64,000 bases of DNA from an uncultured Syntrophaceae bacterium (GCA_964628605.1 CAZVOU010000125.1:68120-132119); one strand, 5' to 3'. Shown: positions 49,464 to 58,291, numbered from the stretch's first letter. The notes: generated by a model from the sequence alone, not told the origin. A program made the numbers and translations.

Positions 49464-49796
49464 CTATCGAGTTCCAGGCACGAAGTGTTGATAAACAACT
49501 CCGGAATCAGGAGACAAATTGTATGGAGATTGAACTCCGCGCACAGGAGCCGGCATGTAACTCCACAGGTATCCACCTACACCACTCACTCCGTCCGCCA
49601 CCATCGGCAGAACACCTGGGAACTGTTGCTGTTGAACCCCTGCCGACTGCTGACCCTCCGGGATTGTCAGAACCGGTTGGCCATAGACGTTCATGGGACC
49701 TTGATAATTTCTGTCATAAATTTCAGCGCCTTGGCTAAATGCAGACGCTGAGGCCATAAAAACCATCATCAAGACTAACAAACTGATTTTTTTCAT
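49464..49796 (-). CDS. small secreted Gln/Gly/Pro-rich protein, unknown function
   Basis: 110 aa with signal peptide MKKISLLVLMMVFMASASAFS. GAGGA SD 6 nt upstream of the ATG. Confidence 0.5.
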   Translation of the reverse strand: MKKISLLVLMMVFMASASAFSQGAEIYDRNYQGPMNVYGQPVLTIPEGQQSAGVQQQQFPGVLPMVADGVSGVGGYLWSYMPAPVRGVQSPYNLSPDSGVVYQHFVPGTR

Positions 49797-50045
49797 AATT
49801 GATCCTCACGTCAAAAAAACTTTCTGGTAAATTATACCACATTAAATGATCTTTTTGAACAATCGCCGCTGGTTCAGGATTTTGGAGCTTTTTAATCGTC
49901 TATTTTAATGCTATTTCTATCGGTGATGGAACACTTGTCCGTTTCAGCAGTCTCAACATTTCGGGCAGATTGTATGTCTCCAACAGGCAGCTTTTGCATT
50001 CCGGAAAACTTACTTCATTATTTTAGTATGTTGCGGGGAAATAAC

Positions 50046-51878
50046 ATGAAATCTTGCCGATTATTTATATGTCTATTATTCGTCTCAACAATAGCCCTGG
50101 CGCCATTTGTAATAGGTGTTCAGGATCTGCAAGCGAAAAAAGGGAGCAGTTTTGGGAAAAGCTCTTCGTGGTCATCATCTACCAAAGGAACTTGGGACAG
50201 AAGTGGTGGCGGCATTTTTGGTTCAGGATCAAAAACTTCCGGCGGATATAGCAAACCAGTAACGAGTCCACCGCCTTCAACGTACAGCAAGCCTGGTTTG
50301 TCAACTCAGCCCTCTGGCAGCGGTTTTAAAGCCCCATCGTCGGAGACGCCGGCGGCCGGGTATTCCAAACCGGGATTGCAGACACAGCCATCCCAGAGTT
50401 CCGGCGGATATAGCAAACCGGTGGGAGCAGCCGGAGCAGTCGGGGCTGTAGGAGCGGTTGGGGCCGCCGGGGCGTTAGGCTCAACAGGCTCGCACGAGTC
50501 TTTCTCTGGGGGATCGAAGTTCGATAAGCAGACGGTAGGAGAATTGAGAAAAAAATCATCTCAGGATTCTTTGCAACGCTATCAAGAAGAAAAAACCAAG
50601 TTCAAAAACCCTGAATTCGCTGTAGATAAATCGAAATACGAGTCCAACCCTCTCTATCAAAAAGGCAAGGTTTACTCTGGGTTTGATTATGGAAACCATT
50701 ATTCGAACAGGGATAATTTTTACAGATCACAAGGATATCAGGCCCCCGGTTTCGCCTTCGGCGGATCACCAAGTTTTGGCATGTTTGACACCCTGTTCCT
50801 GTTCTGGATGCTGGATCACTTAGGAAACAAGAACGTGGCTGCTACCGCCTATCATCATCAAAATGATCCGGGATACCAAAAATGGAGACAGGAAGCGGAC
50901 CAACTGGCTAAGGACAACGCCGAGCTAAAGGGCAAACTGGCTGAACTGGACAAGCAGGTCAAAGGTATGGATGGGACGCCTAAAGATCCTGGTTATCTTC
51001 CACCCGGAGTGCCTCCCGAAGTAGCTTTGGCTGCAACTGCCCTGTCCTCCAAGACTCCTGAAAAACCCGCGCTGAGGATGGCGACAGGACAAAGCGGCGG
51101 ATGGTATGATAAATATGCAAATTTGTTCAGAACCAAAAGCTCAGGTTTGGACGTGAAAACAATCCCGACATCAGGGGCATTCGAAAATCTGAAACTCCTG
51201 GCTGACGGTAAAGCAGACCTAGCTATCGTCCAGTCGGATGTGCTGGCAATGGCGGATAAGAAACTGCCGGACAAAAAACTTGTAACAGAGCAGTCCACCC
51301 TTTACCCAGAGTACATTCAGTTAATAACCAATAGCAAGAGCGGTATAAAATCAATTTCTGATCTCAATCCATCAAAAAACATAATTTACGTGGGACCCAA
51401 AGGTTCTGGAAGCGCCCTGACGTGGGAGGGTCTCGGAAATCAGAACGACAAGTACAAAAAGTTGTCCATTCAACACTCGGACTTTTTCAGCGCTTTGGAA
51501 GCCGTACAAAAAAACCCTGACGCCTTAATGCTGTTTGTTGGCGGGCTCAACAGTGATTTTCTCAAAAAGGCTGAAGAGATAGCCAAAAAGAATGGGAGTC
51601 TGGCGCTGGTTGCGTTGGATGACTCTCATCTGGATGACAGGCTCGACCAGAATGGCAATCCTATTTACTCATTTGTGAACATACCCAAGGATGTTTATCC
51701 TTATCTTCAGAAGGGTTGGCTGTTCAGTCATGAGACCAAGACACTGGCTGTTCAGGCGGTCTTGGCCCTACGAACGGACTGGGCCCAGGAATTTGGCCCA
51801 AATGCTATGGATGCACTTTCACTTGCTGTTTTGGAGACAAAACCGGAATTCCAGAAGATTGTTAACGTAAAAAAGTGA
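50046..51878 (+). CDS. fusion protein: signal/anchor, GYSKP-repeat low-complexity region, coiled coil and a C-terminal TAXI-family (TRAP-type) solute-binding domain
   Basis: Start set to ATG 50046 (MKSCRLFICLLFVSTIALAPF). Repeats GGYSKP / TYSKPGL / AGYSKPGL and a (GAV)n tract. Coiled coil QEADQLAKDNAELKGKLAELDKQV. The C-terminal roughly 280 aa (MATGQSGGWYDKYANLF..., DLAIVQSDV, YVGPKGSGSAL) resemble TAXI receptors. Confidence 0.68.
   Translation: MKSCRLFICLLFVSTIALAPFVIGVQDLQAKKGSSFGKSSSWSSSTKGTWDRSGGGIFGSGSKTSGGYSKPVTSPPPSTYSKPGLSTQPSGSGFKAPSSETPAAGYSKPGLQTQPSQSSGGYSKPVGAAGAVGAVGAVGAAGALGSTGSHESFSGGSKFDKQTVGELRKKSSQDSLQRYQEEKTKFKNPEFAVDKSKYESNPLYQKGKVYSGFDYGNHYSNRDNFYRSQGYQAPGFAFGGSPSFGMFDTLFLFWMLDHLGNKNVAATAYHHQNDPGYQKWRQEADQLAKDNAELKGKLAELDKQVKGMDGTPKDPGYLPPGVPPEVALAATALSSKTPEKPALRMATGQSGGWYDKYANLFRTKSSGLDVKTIPTSGAFENLKLLADGKADLAIVQSDVLAMADKKLPDKKLVTEQSTLYPEYIQLITNSKSGIKSISDLNPSKNIIYVGPKGSGSALTWEGLGNQNDKYKKLSIQHSDFFSALEAVQKNPDALMLFVGGLNSDFLKKAEEIAKKNGSLALVALDDSHLDDRLDQNGNPIYSFVNIPKDVYPYLQKGWLFSHETKTLAVQAVLALRTDWAQEFGPNAMDALSLAVLETKPEFQKIVNVKK
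50237..50480 (+). repeat. in-frame coding repeats (GYSKP units and a GAV tract)
   Basis: The 21-nt exact direct repeat TTCCGGCGGATATAGCAAACC occurs at 50237-50257 and 50399-50419. More diverged copies lie between them. A GCx/GTx-rich tract at 50420-50480 encodes GAAGAVGAVGAVGAAGALG. Confidence 0.7.
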
Positions 51879-52023
51879 TCTTGTTAAAAAACGGCAAATA
51901 AGATTTGAACTTGAATGAAGCATCTTTTGAATGATTTCGTGTTGGCCAGGGATGTATTGGTTAGAGACACAGTCGTTTGAAAACCACTCGTCCTTGTTAT
52001 GTAGTTTTCCGTTTGGAGGAAAA

Positions 52024-52761
52024 ATGTGCGCGATGTGGAACATATTACGAAAAGTTGGTCTAAAGAAATTTGACGATGTAAAAGATTCATTTTCCAGGAT
52101 TACAGACGAGAGAATAGACCTTGATCTGCCGTTGGGTCTAAGATTCAACTGCCTGGTGGAAATACCTGAAGTAGATTTTATTCTTTCAGGGGATGAACTT
52201 GAGATCAAACATCCGGGAGCAGCGAATTCGGTGATTTCTTATGGTAATTTTCCTGTTGGAGATTCCTTGGTTCACCGATTCTATCTCAATCATCCCGATC
52301 ATGTTTACATGCTGCAGGTAATCACCGATTCACGCAAGATAGTTGAAGAGGTGAAGCTTTTCATGTCCTACGATGAGGTTTTTCCGCAGGACGGGGAATC
52401 CTGGGATTTTTGGCTCTCCGACCAGGACGGATATATTGGGTTGAATGTTTTTGATAGCAAAGTGGGTAAGCGTTATTACCGGGTCTGGGAAAATCCCGAT
52501 GCAATGAAAGTTCTGGAACAGGACGCTTCCGGTAATCAGATCAACAGGATTCCACCTTTGAGTTTTCTCGAAAACTTGCGCATGGACCCATACGGTAAGA
52601 ATTCTGAAACGATCAAATACGACAGCATGTTATATGGACGCCACGTCAGTGATAACGTGGACGAATATCTCATGCTCTCAGCCACACAGGAAAGAGATGG
52701 AGCTTCCATCCAGATAATGGTTGGAATACCAATGGAGCCTGCCTCCATAAAAGTCATCTAG
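52024..52761 (+). CDS. DUF2491 (YjfK-like) family protein
   Basis: Start set to ATG 52024 with GGAGGA at 52015-20. The pattern LVHRFYL...MLQV, YYRVWENP, MLYGR...EYLMLS and a C-terminal ...GIPMEPASIKVI agrees with my recollection of YjfK-type DUF2491. This is from memory, not a search. Confidence 0.55.
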   Translation: MCAMWNILRKVGLKKFDDVKDSFSRITDERIDLDLPLGLRFNCLVEIPEVDFILSGDELEIKHPGAANSVISYGNFPVGDSLVHRFYLNHPDHVYMLQVITDSRKIVEEVKLFMSYDEVFPQDGESWDFWLSDQDGYIGLNVFDSKVGKRYYRVWENPDAMKVLEQDASGNQINRIPPLSFLENLRMDPYGKNSETIKYDSMLYGRHVSDNVDEYLMLSATQERDGASIQIMVGIPMEPASIKVI

Positions 52762-52786
52762 TCATCACACCACAAGGAGGAACATA

Positions 52787-53572
52787 ATGGGAGGAATTTT
52801 CGGATTCCTTAGCAGCTTCGGCAAGGAAAAATTTGGACAGATCGGGCAAACCATTACTCAGAAAATAGTAGCTTGGGATCCAGAGACTGCGTCTCAGGCG
52901 GAAATCGAAGAAATGATCAAGGAACTCGATAAAATAACTATCGAGGCCGGTAAATCTAAAACTGAGTATGAAAGAGAAAAAGCGGAAGCTGACGCAGCTC
53001 AGAAAAATTATGACAAATTCATGGCGGCTGCCGAACTCTTGAATAAAAGACTGGAAGAAGCCAATGCCTCTGGAAACGCGTCTCAGGCCGCGCAACTCGA
53101 GGCCAGTTTGAACAAGTTACTAACTGAACTTGAGGAACTTAGACCAGAAGTGGAAAGAGAGTTGGCAGAAGCTCAGGAAGCGGTCGTATATTATGAGGAA
53201 GTTAAAAACCTAGCTGAGCTGACTGCAAACAAGGTCAAAAATGCTCGCGCCATGCTGGATAAAGCAAAGAGGGACATGAAGAGAGCCGAACTTGAAAAGC
53301 AAAGGTCAGCGGCGCGTGCGGAAAAAGCGGAGAAAGTGGCTGGACTAAGGTCCGAGTCATCCAGCCTCGGCGTGGCTTTGGCTGCCATGAACAAACAGGC
53401 TGAAGATGCCAGAGCCATGGCGGCAAGCTCAGACATGAAAGCCAAACTCTTGACTACTGAAAGAGACTCGGCGGATGAGCACATCAAAGCCGCGCTAGAT
53501 GAGGTGGCGGGCGTTCAGCAGACGAAAAACCTTAGTTTTGCCGACAGACTGGCCTCTCTGAAAAAGAAGTAG
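52787..53572 (+). CDS. PspA/IM30-like coiled-coil protein
   Basis: 261 aa with an amphipathic N-terminus MGGIFGFLSSFG, then long heptad-rich helices (EIEEMIKELDKITIEAGKSKTEYEREKAEADAAQKNYDKF...). AAGGAGG SD. Lies 25 nt downstream of the DUF2491-like gene, echoing the E. coli yjfJ-yjfK pairing. Confidence 0.6.
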   Translation: MGGIFGFLSSFGKEKFGQIGQTITQKIVAWDPETASQAEIEEMIKELDKITIEAGKSKTEYEREKAEADAAQKNYDKFMAAAELLNKRLEEANASGNASQAAQLEASLNKLLTELEELRPEVERELAEAQEAVVYYEEVKNLAELTANKVKNARAMLDKAKRDMKRAELEKQRSAARAEKAEKVAGLRSESSSLGVALAAMNKQAEDARAMAASSDMKAKLLTTERDSADEHIKAALDEVAGVQQTKNLSFADRLASLKKK

Positions 53573-53580
53573 ATCCAGCT

Positions 53581-53610
53581 ACGCATCCTCAGCAATGAGG
53601 ATGCGTTTTC
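53581..53610 (+). terminator. rho-independent terminator after the PspA-like gene
   Basis: ACGCATCCTCA-gcaa-TGAGGATGCGT (11-bp perfect stem) followed by TTTT. Located between convergent genes. Confidence 0.7.
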
Positions 53611-53617
53611 CTTGAAC

Positions 53618-54403
53618 CTAGTCCCGCGCGTTGAGCCTCATGGCTGATATCCCCTCTTTAGCTTTGAGTTGTTTAACAAAATCATCAGCCTTTTTTTCAG
53701 ACTCGAAATCTCCCAGATAAAGCCGGTAGATGATTCCTGAACTTGGGCGAGCTACCGGTTTCAGTGTCACCTTGTAACCTTTGGCCTTCCACTTTGAAGC
53801 CCACTCCTGGGCTATACGGGGATGACTAAACGCTCCTACCTGAACGATAAAACCTTTTGATGTGTCGTTACTCAGTTTTTCCACACTTGGCGAGGAATCC
53901 TGATCAATGTCTGCCGAACCCGGAGTCGGATGTCCCGCAGACGCTGGTAAAGAAAAGCTTTTATCTTCTTTGACACCACCGGAAGGCCCTGACTGAAAGG
54001 TCTTTTCGCCTGAACGGTTGGAAGAAACTTTATTCTCTGGAATCGATCCCGATGGTCCTGAGGGTGACTTGTCTTCTTTCGTTTTTAACTGGCTGTAAAA
54101 AGTTACCTCAGTGGGCGTCTGACATGATTTAAGTTCAGGCTTGGCAGCGCTCATCTCAGGCATGACAGGGTTCAGTTTTTTGTGATTTAGGGACTGGTTG
54201 ACCGTTTCATTTGGAGTAGTGGGCGCGCTGAGCATTCTAATATTGATGAAAGTCAACACTATCATGATCACTATCGTAGAAAGCACACCAATGATCATGG
54301 GGCCGTTTTTAGGCCCTGTGTCTGTTCGGGACGAATTCCGAACCGACACACTAGCTTTGCTTTTCAATACTTTATGGTCTCTAAAGAATCTGCTCAGGGC
54401 CAT
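53618..54403 (-). CDS. SPOR domain-containing membrane protein
   Basis: N-terminal TM (IIGVLSTIVIMIVLTFINI), a low-complexity linker and a C-terminal SPOR domain (FIVQVGAFSHPRIAQEWASKWKAKGYKVTL...YRLYLGDFESEKKADDFVKQLK). Lies 7 nt downstream of argS. Confidence 0.8.
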   Translation of the reverse strand: MALSRFFRDHKVLKSKASVSVRNSSRTDTGPKNGPMIIGVLSTIVIMIVLTFINIRMLSAPTTPNETVNQSLNHKKLNPVMPEMSAAKPELKSCQTPTEVTFYSQLKTKEDKSPSGPSGSIPENKVSSNRSGEKTFQSGPSGGVKEDKSFSLPASAGHPTPGSADIDQDSSPSVEKLSNDTSKGFIVQVGAFSHPRIAQEWASKWKAKGYKVTLKPVARPSSGIIYRLYLGDFESEKKADDFVKQLKAKEGISAMRLNARD

Positions 54404-54410
54404 AATTCTT

Positions 54411-56081
54411 TCACATTCGATCCGGAGCCGAGACTCCCAATATGGTCAGTCCGTTTGATATTACGAGTCGCACCGCCTCTACAAGGTAGAGTCTAGCTTT
54501 TTTGACTCGGTTGTCTTCGCCTAAAATCTTGTTGTCATGGTAGTACGAATGAAACAATTCCGACAGTTCCATCAAATAGAAAGTGACACGATGCGGTTCC
54601 AGCGCCTCAGAGGCTTCTCGCAAAACATTAGGGAAATCCGCAAGTTTTTTCATCAGGATCAGCTCTTCCGGCAAGTTCAAGGCAGAAAGATCAGGATTGC
54701 TGATATCAGCGTCTATCCCTTTCTCTTGGGCTATTCTAAATATGCTTGAAATCCGGGCATGTGCGTACTGTACATAGTAAACAGGATTGTCACTGGACTG
54801 TTTCTTGGCTAAATCCAGGTCAAAGTCCAGATGGCTGTCACATCGTTTGGTTAGGAAAAAGAATCTGGCGGCATCGGAACCGACTTCTTCCAGCACTTCC
54901 CGAAGAGTAATAAATTCTCCGGATCGTGTGGACATGGATATTTTTTGCCCCTGACGAACCAGGTTCACAAATTGAACGAGCAGCACACGCAGTTTATCTG
55001 AAGAATGACCAAACGCGTCAATGGCCGCTTTGACACGAGGAACATAGCCGTGATGGTCAGACCCCCAGATATCGACCAACAGATCGTAGCCTCGATTCAT
55101 TTTGTCATTGTGATACGCCACATCTGCAGCAAAATATGTTGGTTCACCGGTAGCTCTGACGAGAACCCTATCCTTTTCGTCCTGACTGTCCTCCATGAAA
55201 AACCACAGTGCGCCATCTCTCTGCTCTGCTTTACCCAGCCGTTTCAACTCATCAAGAGCCTGGACGAGCCTGCCACTTTCGTGCAATTCACGTTCGCTGA
55301 AATAACGGTCGTAGGTTACCCCGAAAACACCCAGATCATCTTTGATGCCTTCCAGTATTTTTTTGCAAGCGTAGGCCGACGCTATCGGAACAGCCTCCGA
55401 TTCTCCGAGACCTTTAATTCTATTGGCCTCAGCGCTGTCTGCAAACTCTATGGCCATTTCCTTCATATACTGGCCTTGATAATGATTTTCCGGAAACTGA
55501 ACGTCATCCCCCTGTAGTTCCCTGTAACGGTAATACAATGAGCGTCCCAAAATGTTCATCTGATTGCCGACATCATTAACATAATATTCGGAATCGACCC
55601 TGAATCCTGTCGCCCGGAGAAGTCTTACAAGGCTATCTCCCACCGCCGCTCCACGTCCGTGTCCAACATGCAATGGCCCTGTTGGATTGGCGCTGACAAA
55701 TTCCACAAGAACCCGTGGACCATTCAGTTCAGAAGAGCTTCCGTACTTTTCCTTTTGGTCATGAATTGAATCAAGATTTCTACGCCAGACGTCCGGAGAA
55801 AGAAAAAAATTGATGAACCCTGGGCCGGCGATCTCGTACTTATCAATGATCCCCGAATCTTTGGGCATGAGGTCAATGATCTTTTGCGCCAATTCTCGCG
55901 GCTTGACTTTCAGTTCCTTACTGAGAACTAACGCGATGTTGGTCGCAAAATCCCCAAATTTGGCATCTTTGGTTCTAGAAATGTCAAATTTTGGCAAGCC
56001 CGTTATATCCACTGAGACGTCTTCAGCCTCGCAAAGTTTGTTTAACGCCTTTTGTGTTATTTCTTTAACTTTTTGTTTCAT
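54411..56081 (-). CDS. argS: arginyl-tRNA synthetase
   Basis: 556 aa with HIGH-type motif (SANPTGPLHVGHGR), an ArgRS N-terminal domain and a C-terminal DALR anticodon-binding domain. Confidence 0.96.
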   Translation of the reverse strand: MKQKVKEITQKALNKLCEAEDVSVDITGLPKFDISRTKDAKFGDFATNIALVLSKELKVKPRELAQKIIDLMPKDSGIIDKYEIAGPGFINFFLSPDVWRRNLDSIHDQKEKYGSSSELNGPRVLVEFVSANPTGPLHVGHGRGAAVGDSLVRLLRATGFRVDSEYYVNDVGNQMNILGRSLYYRYRELQGDDVQFPENHYQGQYMKEMAIEFADSAEANRIKGLGESEAVPIASAYACKKILEGIKDDLGVFGVTYDRYFSERELHESGRLVQALDELKRLGKAEQRDGALWFFMEDSQDEKDRVLVRATGEPTYFAADVAYHNDKMNRGYDLLVDIWGSDHHGYVPRVKAAIDAFGHSSDKLRVLLVQFVNLVRQGQKISMSTRSGEFITLREVLEEVGSDAARFFFLTKRCDSHLDFDLDLAKKQSSDNPVYYVQYAHARISSIFRIAQEKGIDADISNPDLSALNLPEELILMKKLADFPNVLREASEALEPHRVTFYLMELSELFHSYYHDNKILGEDNRVKKARLYLVEAVRLVISNGLTILGVSAPDRM

Positions 56082-56096
56082 TTATGAATTTCCGAC

Positions 56097-56264
56097 CTAA
56101 CTTTTTGTTCTCTCTTCAGTCGAGTCATCAGAATCATCAACCCGCAAAGTCACATCTTTTGTAAAATCGGGACATCGAGTCGTGGATGCGCCGTCCATCA
56201 AAAACTTTTTGTTGCATGTTTGTCTCCATGCGCAAATTACACAAATCGTTTTATCACCACTCAT
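56097..56264 (-). CDS. small four-cysteine protein (55 aa), unknown function
   Basis: Hand translation: MSGDKTICVICAWRQTCNKKFLMDGASTTRCPDFTKDVTLRVDDSDDSTEERTKS, with TAG at 56099-56097. AAGGAG lies 8 nt upstream of ATG 56264. Ends 15 nt before the argS start. Below the ORF-track length cutoff. Confidence 0.5.
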   Translation of the reverse strand: MSGDKTICVICAWRQTCNKKFLMDGASTTRCPDFTKDVTLRVDDSDDSTEERTKS

Positions 56265-56409
56265 GCCTGAACTCCTTCATTCAAAATTGTATTATCATTT
56301 TCATAGATTACGGTCAAGAGCTTTGATCATGGTTTATATATTTTCATCTCCTCCAATCTACTGGAAATGTATGCCTTTTTTTGATACACATCATTAGTGA
56401 GGATTAATT

Positions 56410-57219
56410 ATGCAGTTTACAGATCCAGAAGAGGTTCGGCTTTTTCCAGGTAAGGCTATCAAGGCCACATACTGGAACGAACGACTGAAATCTGAACAGG
56501 TTGGCCTGTTCGTAAGACCGCTATCCCTGCCCAAGGTTTCAGTAGGGGCTACCGAGGTCCTGCATCGCGGGGGTTTAATAAAATTTGATGAAATACTTCT
56601 CGTGGTGACCATGCTAAAGTACTTGGGGCCCGAAGAAGGTTTCTTTGATCTATGGTGGAATTATCATCATCCTGACGGGCCTGACACCTTCAAAAAAATG
56701 GCCCAACAGGAACGACTTTGCAATTTTTTCTATGATGAAAACGGCAAGCGATTCATGGTCGAGACTGAAAACTCATTCAGAAAGTTCTTCTCCAACCTCC
56801 ACGAAATAGTGAGACAGACCAGGCCATGGACTGAGATAGAATTCGACAGGGCTGTGAATCGTTGTTGTTCCCAGTTCTATCCTCCGGAAAACCTCTGGGA
56901 AATGGTCAAAACCAAGTCAGATATTTTTGATTCAAGGTCTAAACTGGACCTGGATTTGAATTTGTACGAAGGCATGATCCCAGAGGATTTGAAGCCATTC
57001 TACTTGTTCTCTACGGAGTTTGGTCATTGCCTGAGCATAATCCCGTCCAATCTGGAAGAAGAGGCGGACGTCAGGGGCCCTTCTTTTTACCTAACACCTG
57101 CGCCGGTCAAAACGGTTTTAAGATGCGGAATCAGATGGCTTCGAGGCTATCCTGTGGCTGCAATCCCCTTCATTCCGGGTCATGGACTAGCCGCCCCGCC
57201 TGAAGACTATGAGTTTTGA
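56410..57219 (+). CDS. hypothetical cytoplasmic protein, no recognisable domain
   Basis: 269-aa ORF with GTGAGGA SD before the ATG, balanced composition and no TM or signal peptide. I recognise no family motif. Confidence 0.6.
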   Translation: MQFTDPEEVRLFPGKAIKATYWNERLKSEQVGLFVRPLSLPKVSVGATEVLHRGGLIKFDEILLVVTMLKYLGPEEGFFDLWWNYHHPDGPDTFKKMAQQERLCNFFYDENGKRFMVETENSFRKFFSNLHEIVRQTRPWTEIEFDRAVNRCCSQFYPPENLWEMVKTKSDIFDSRSKLDLDLNLYEGMIPEDLKPFYLFSTEFGHCLSIIPSNLEEEADVRGPSFYLTPAPVKTVLRCGIRWLRGYPVAAIPFIPGHGLAAPPEDYEF

Positions 57220-57367
57220 ATGTCCTCACGTTCGGAGCTTTTTCTCAGCCCTCAGTAATCCACTTAAACCCGTGATCACCGTTTAATCCGCATGCTCTGA
57301 ATTCCTTGACACTTCGGGCCGTGATTGTTATTTCTTGGGTTATCTGTAACATGCCTCGCTTCTCACA

Positions 57368-58291
57368 TTGTCGGCACTCTCAATTGACCGTCGCAGAGAG
57401 CGATGCGAAAGGGTGTATGTCCAATTGGAGGATTCGCAATCAGAAACTCAAGGTCTGGTCAGATGGTTCAAACGCAAAATGGGCCTAAATAGAATTCCTA
57501 AAGAATTACAACAAGTTATAGATGAGAGTGAGGAAAGGGGCTTAATTGATCATGACGAAGGTGACATGATCGAGGGTATTTTTGATCTCAAACAGACGGT
57601 AGCCCGCGAAATTATGATTCCTCGCACACAGATTGTCGCGATACCACGCGATTGTCCGCTTGATCAGATACTGAGCGCCATAATTCACTCGGGACATTCG
57701 AGGATTCCCGTTTTCAAGGAGAATGTCGATCAAATAGTCGGCATATTAAATGCCAAGGATCTGCTGCCTTTCTGGCTCGATCAAGGAAAGGTGTTTGATA
57801 TAGACAAGATATGCCGTGAACCATTTTTCGTTCCTGAGACCAAACGCATCAATGATCTTCTGAATGAATTGCGTTCCAAGAAATCGCATTTGGCTGTGAT
57901 TGTAGACGAGTATGGCGGCACATCCGGCATAGTCACCATCGAGGACATAATTGAGGAAATAATAGGGGACATACGCGATGAGCACGATAGGGAAGAGGAC
58001 GAATTCCTTCCACAGGAGGATGGCTCCACCTTGGTCAATGCCTGGGCCAATCTTGACGACTTCGAGGAGATGTTCGATATAAAGGTTCCAAGGGAAGGAT
58101 ATGATACGGTTGGGGGCTTCATAATACACTTGTTAGGCAAAGTTCCTCGCAAAGGAGAGGAAATCTTCTTTGAGGGTCTAAAAATGAAAATTCAGTCTGC
58201 AGACGCTAAACGTGTTACCAGAGTTAGGGTGACTCGTTCCTCGATGGCAGAATCAAATGAGTCGAATGGCGCCTCGGAAGCAATTCCATGA
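57368..58291 (+). CDS. corC: CorC/YbeX-type CBS-domain protein (hemolysin/Mg-Co efflux-associated family)
   Basis: DEGDMIEGIFDLKQTVAREIMIPR, a tandem CBS pair and a C-terminal CorC_HlyC domain. Directly precedes lnt, as in the E. coli ybeX-lnt arrangement. The start (TTG 57368) is uncertain. Confidence 0.85.
   Translation: MSALSIDRRRERCERVYVQLEDSQSETQGLVRWFKRKMGLNRIPKELQQVIDESEERGLIDHDEGDMIEGIFDLKQTVAREIMIPRTQIVAIPRDCPLDQILSAIIHSGHSRIPVFKENVDQIVGILNAKDLLPFWLDQGKVFDIDKICREPFFVPETKRINDLLNELRSKKSHLAVIVDEYGGTSGIVTIEDIIEEIIGDIRDEHDREEDEFLPQEDGSTLVNAWANLDDFEEMFDIKVPREGYDTVGGFIIHLLGKVPRKGEEIFFEGLKMKIQSADAKRVTRVRVTRSSMAESNESNGASEAIP

Noticed and set aside
50420-50480. A GC-rich short-period repeat, considered as a CRISPR-like or VNTR element.
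   Set aside because: It is in frame within a CDS and encodes a Gly/Ala/Val tract. No repeat-spacer architecture exists anywhere in the window.
55005-55517. Long antisense ORFs inside well-supported genes. Examples: 55005-55517 in argS, 1384-1839 in leuS, 5894-6292 in mdh, 25945-26379 in the RACo-like gene, 43879-44289 in mrcA, 61362-61754 in rsmI, 57746-58152 in corC and 61859-62305 in pyrG.
   Set aside because: Each lies opposite a gene with unambiguous family motifs. They lack SDs, have skewed or odd composition (Ser/Arg/Pro-rich) and are typical shadow ORFs.
56182-56397. A plus-strand 71-aa track ORF in the argS upstream region.
   Set aside because: It has a non-canonical start without an SD and an implausible sequence. 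The overlapping minus-strand 55-aa Cys-rich ORF with AAGGAG is the better candidate.
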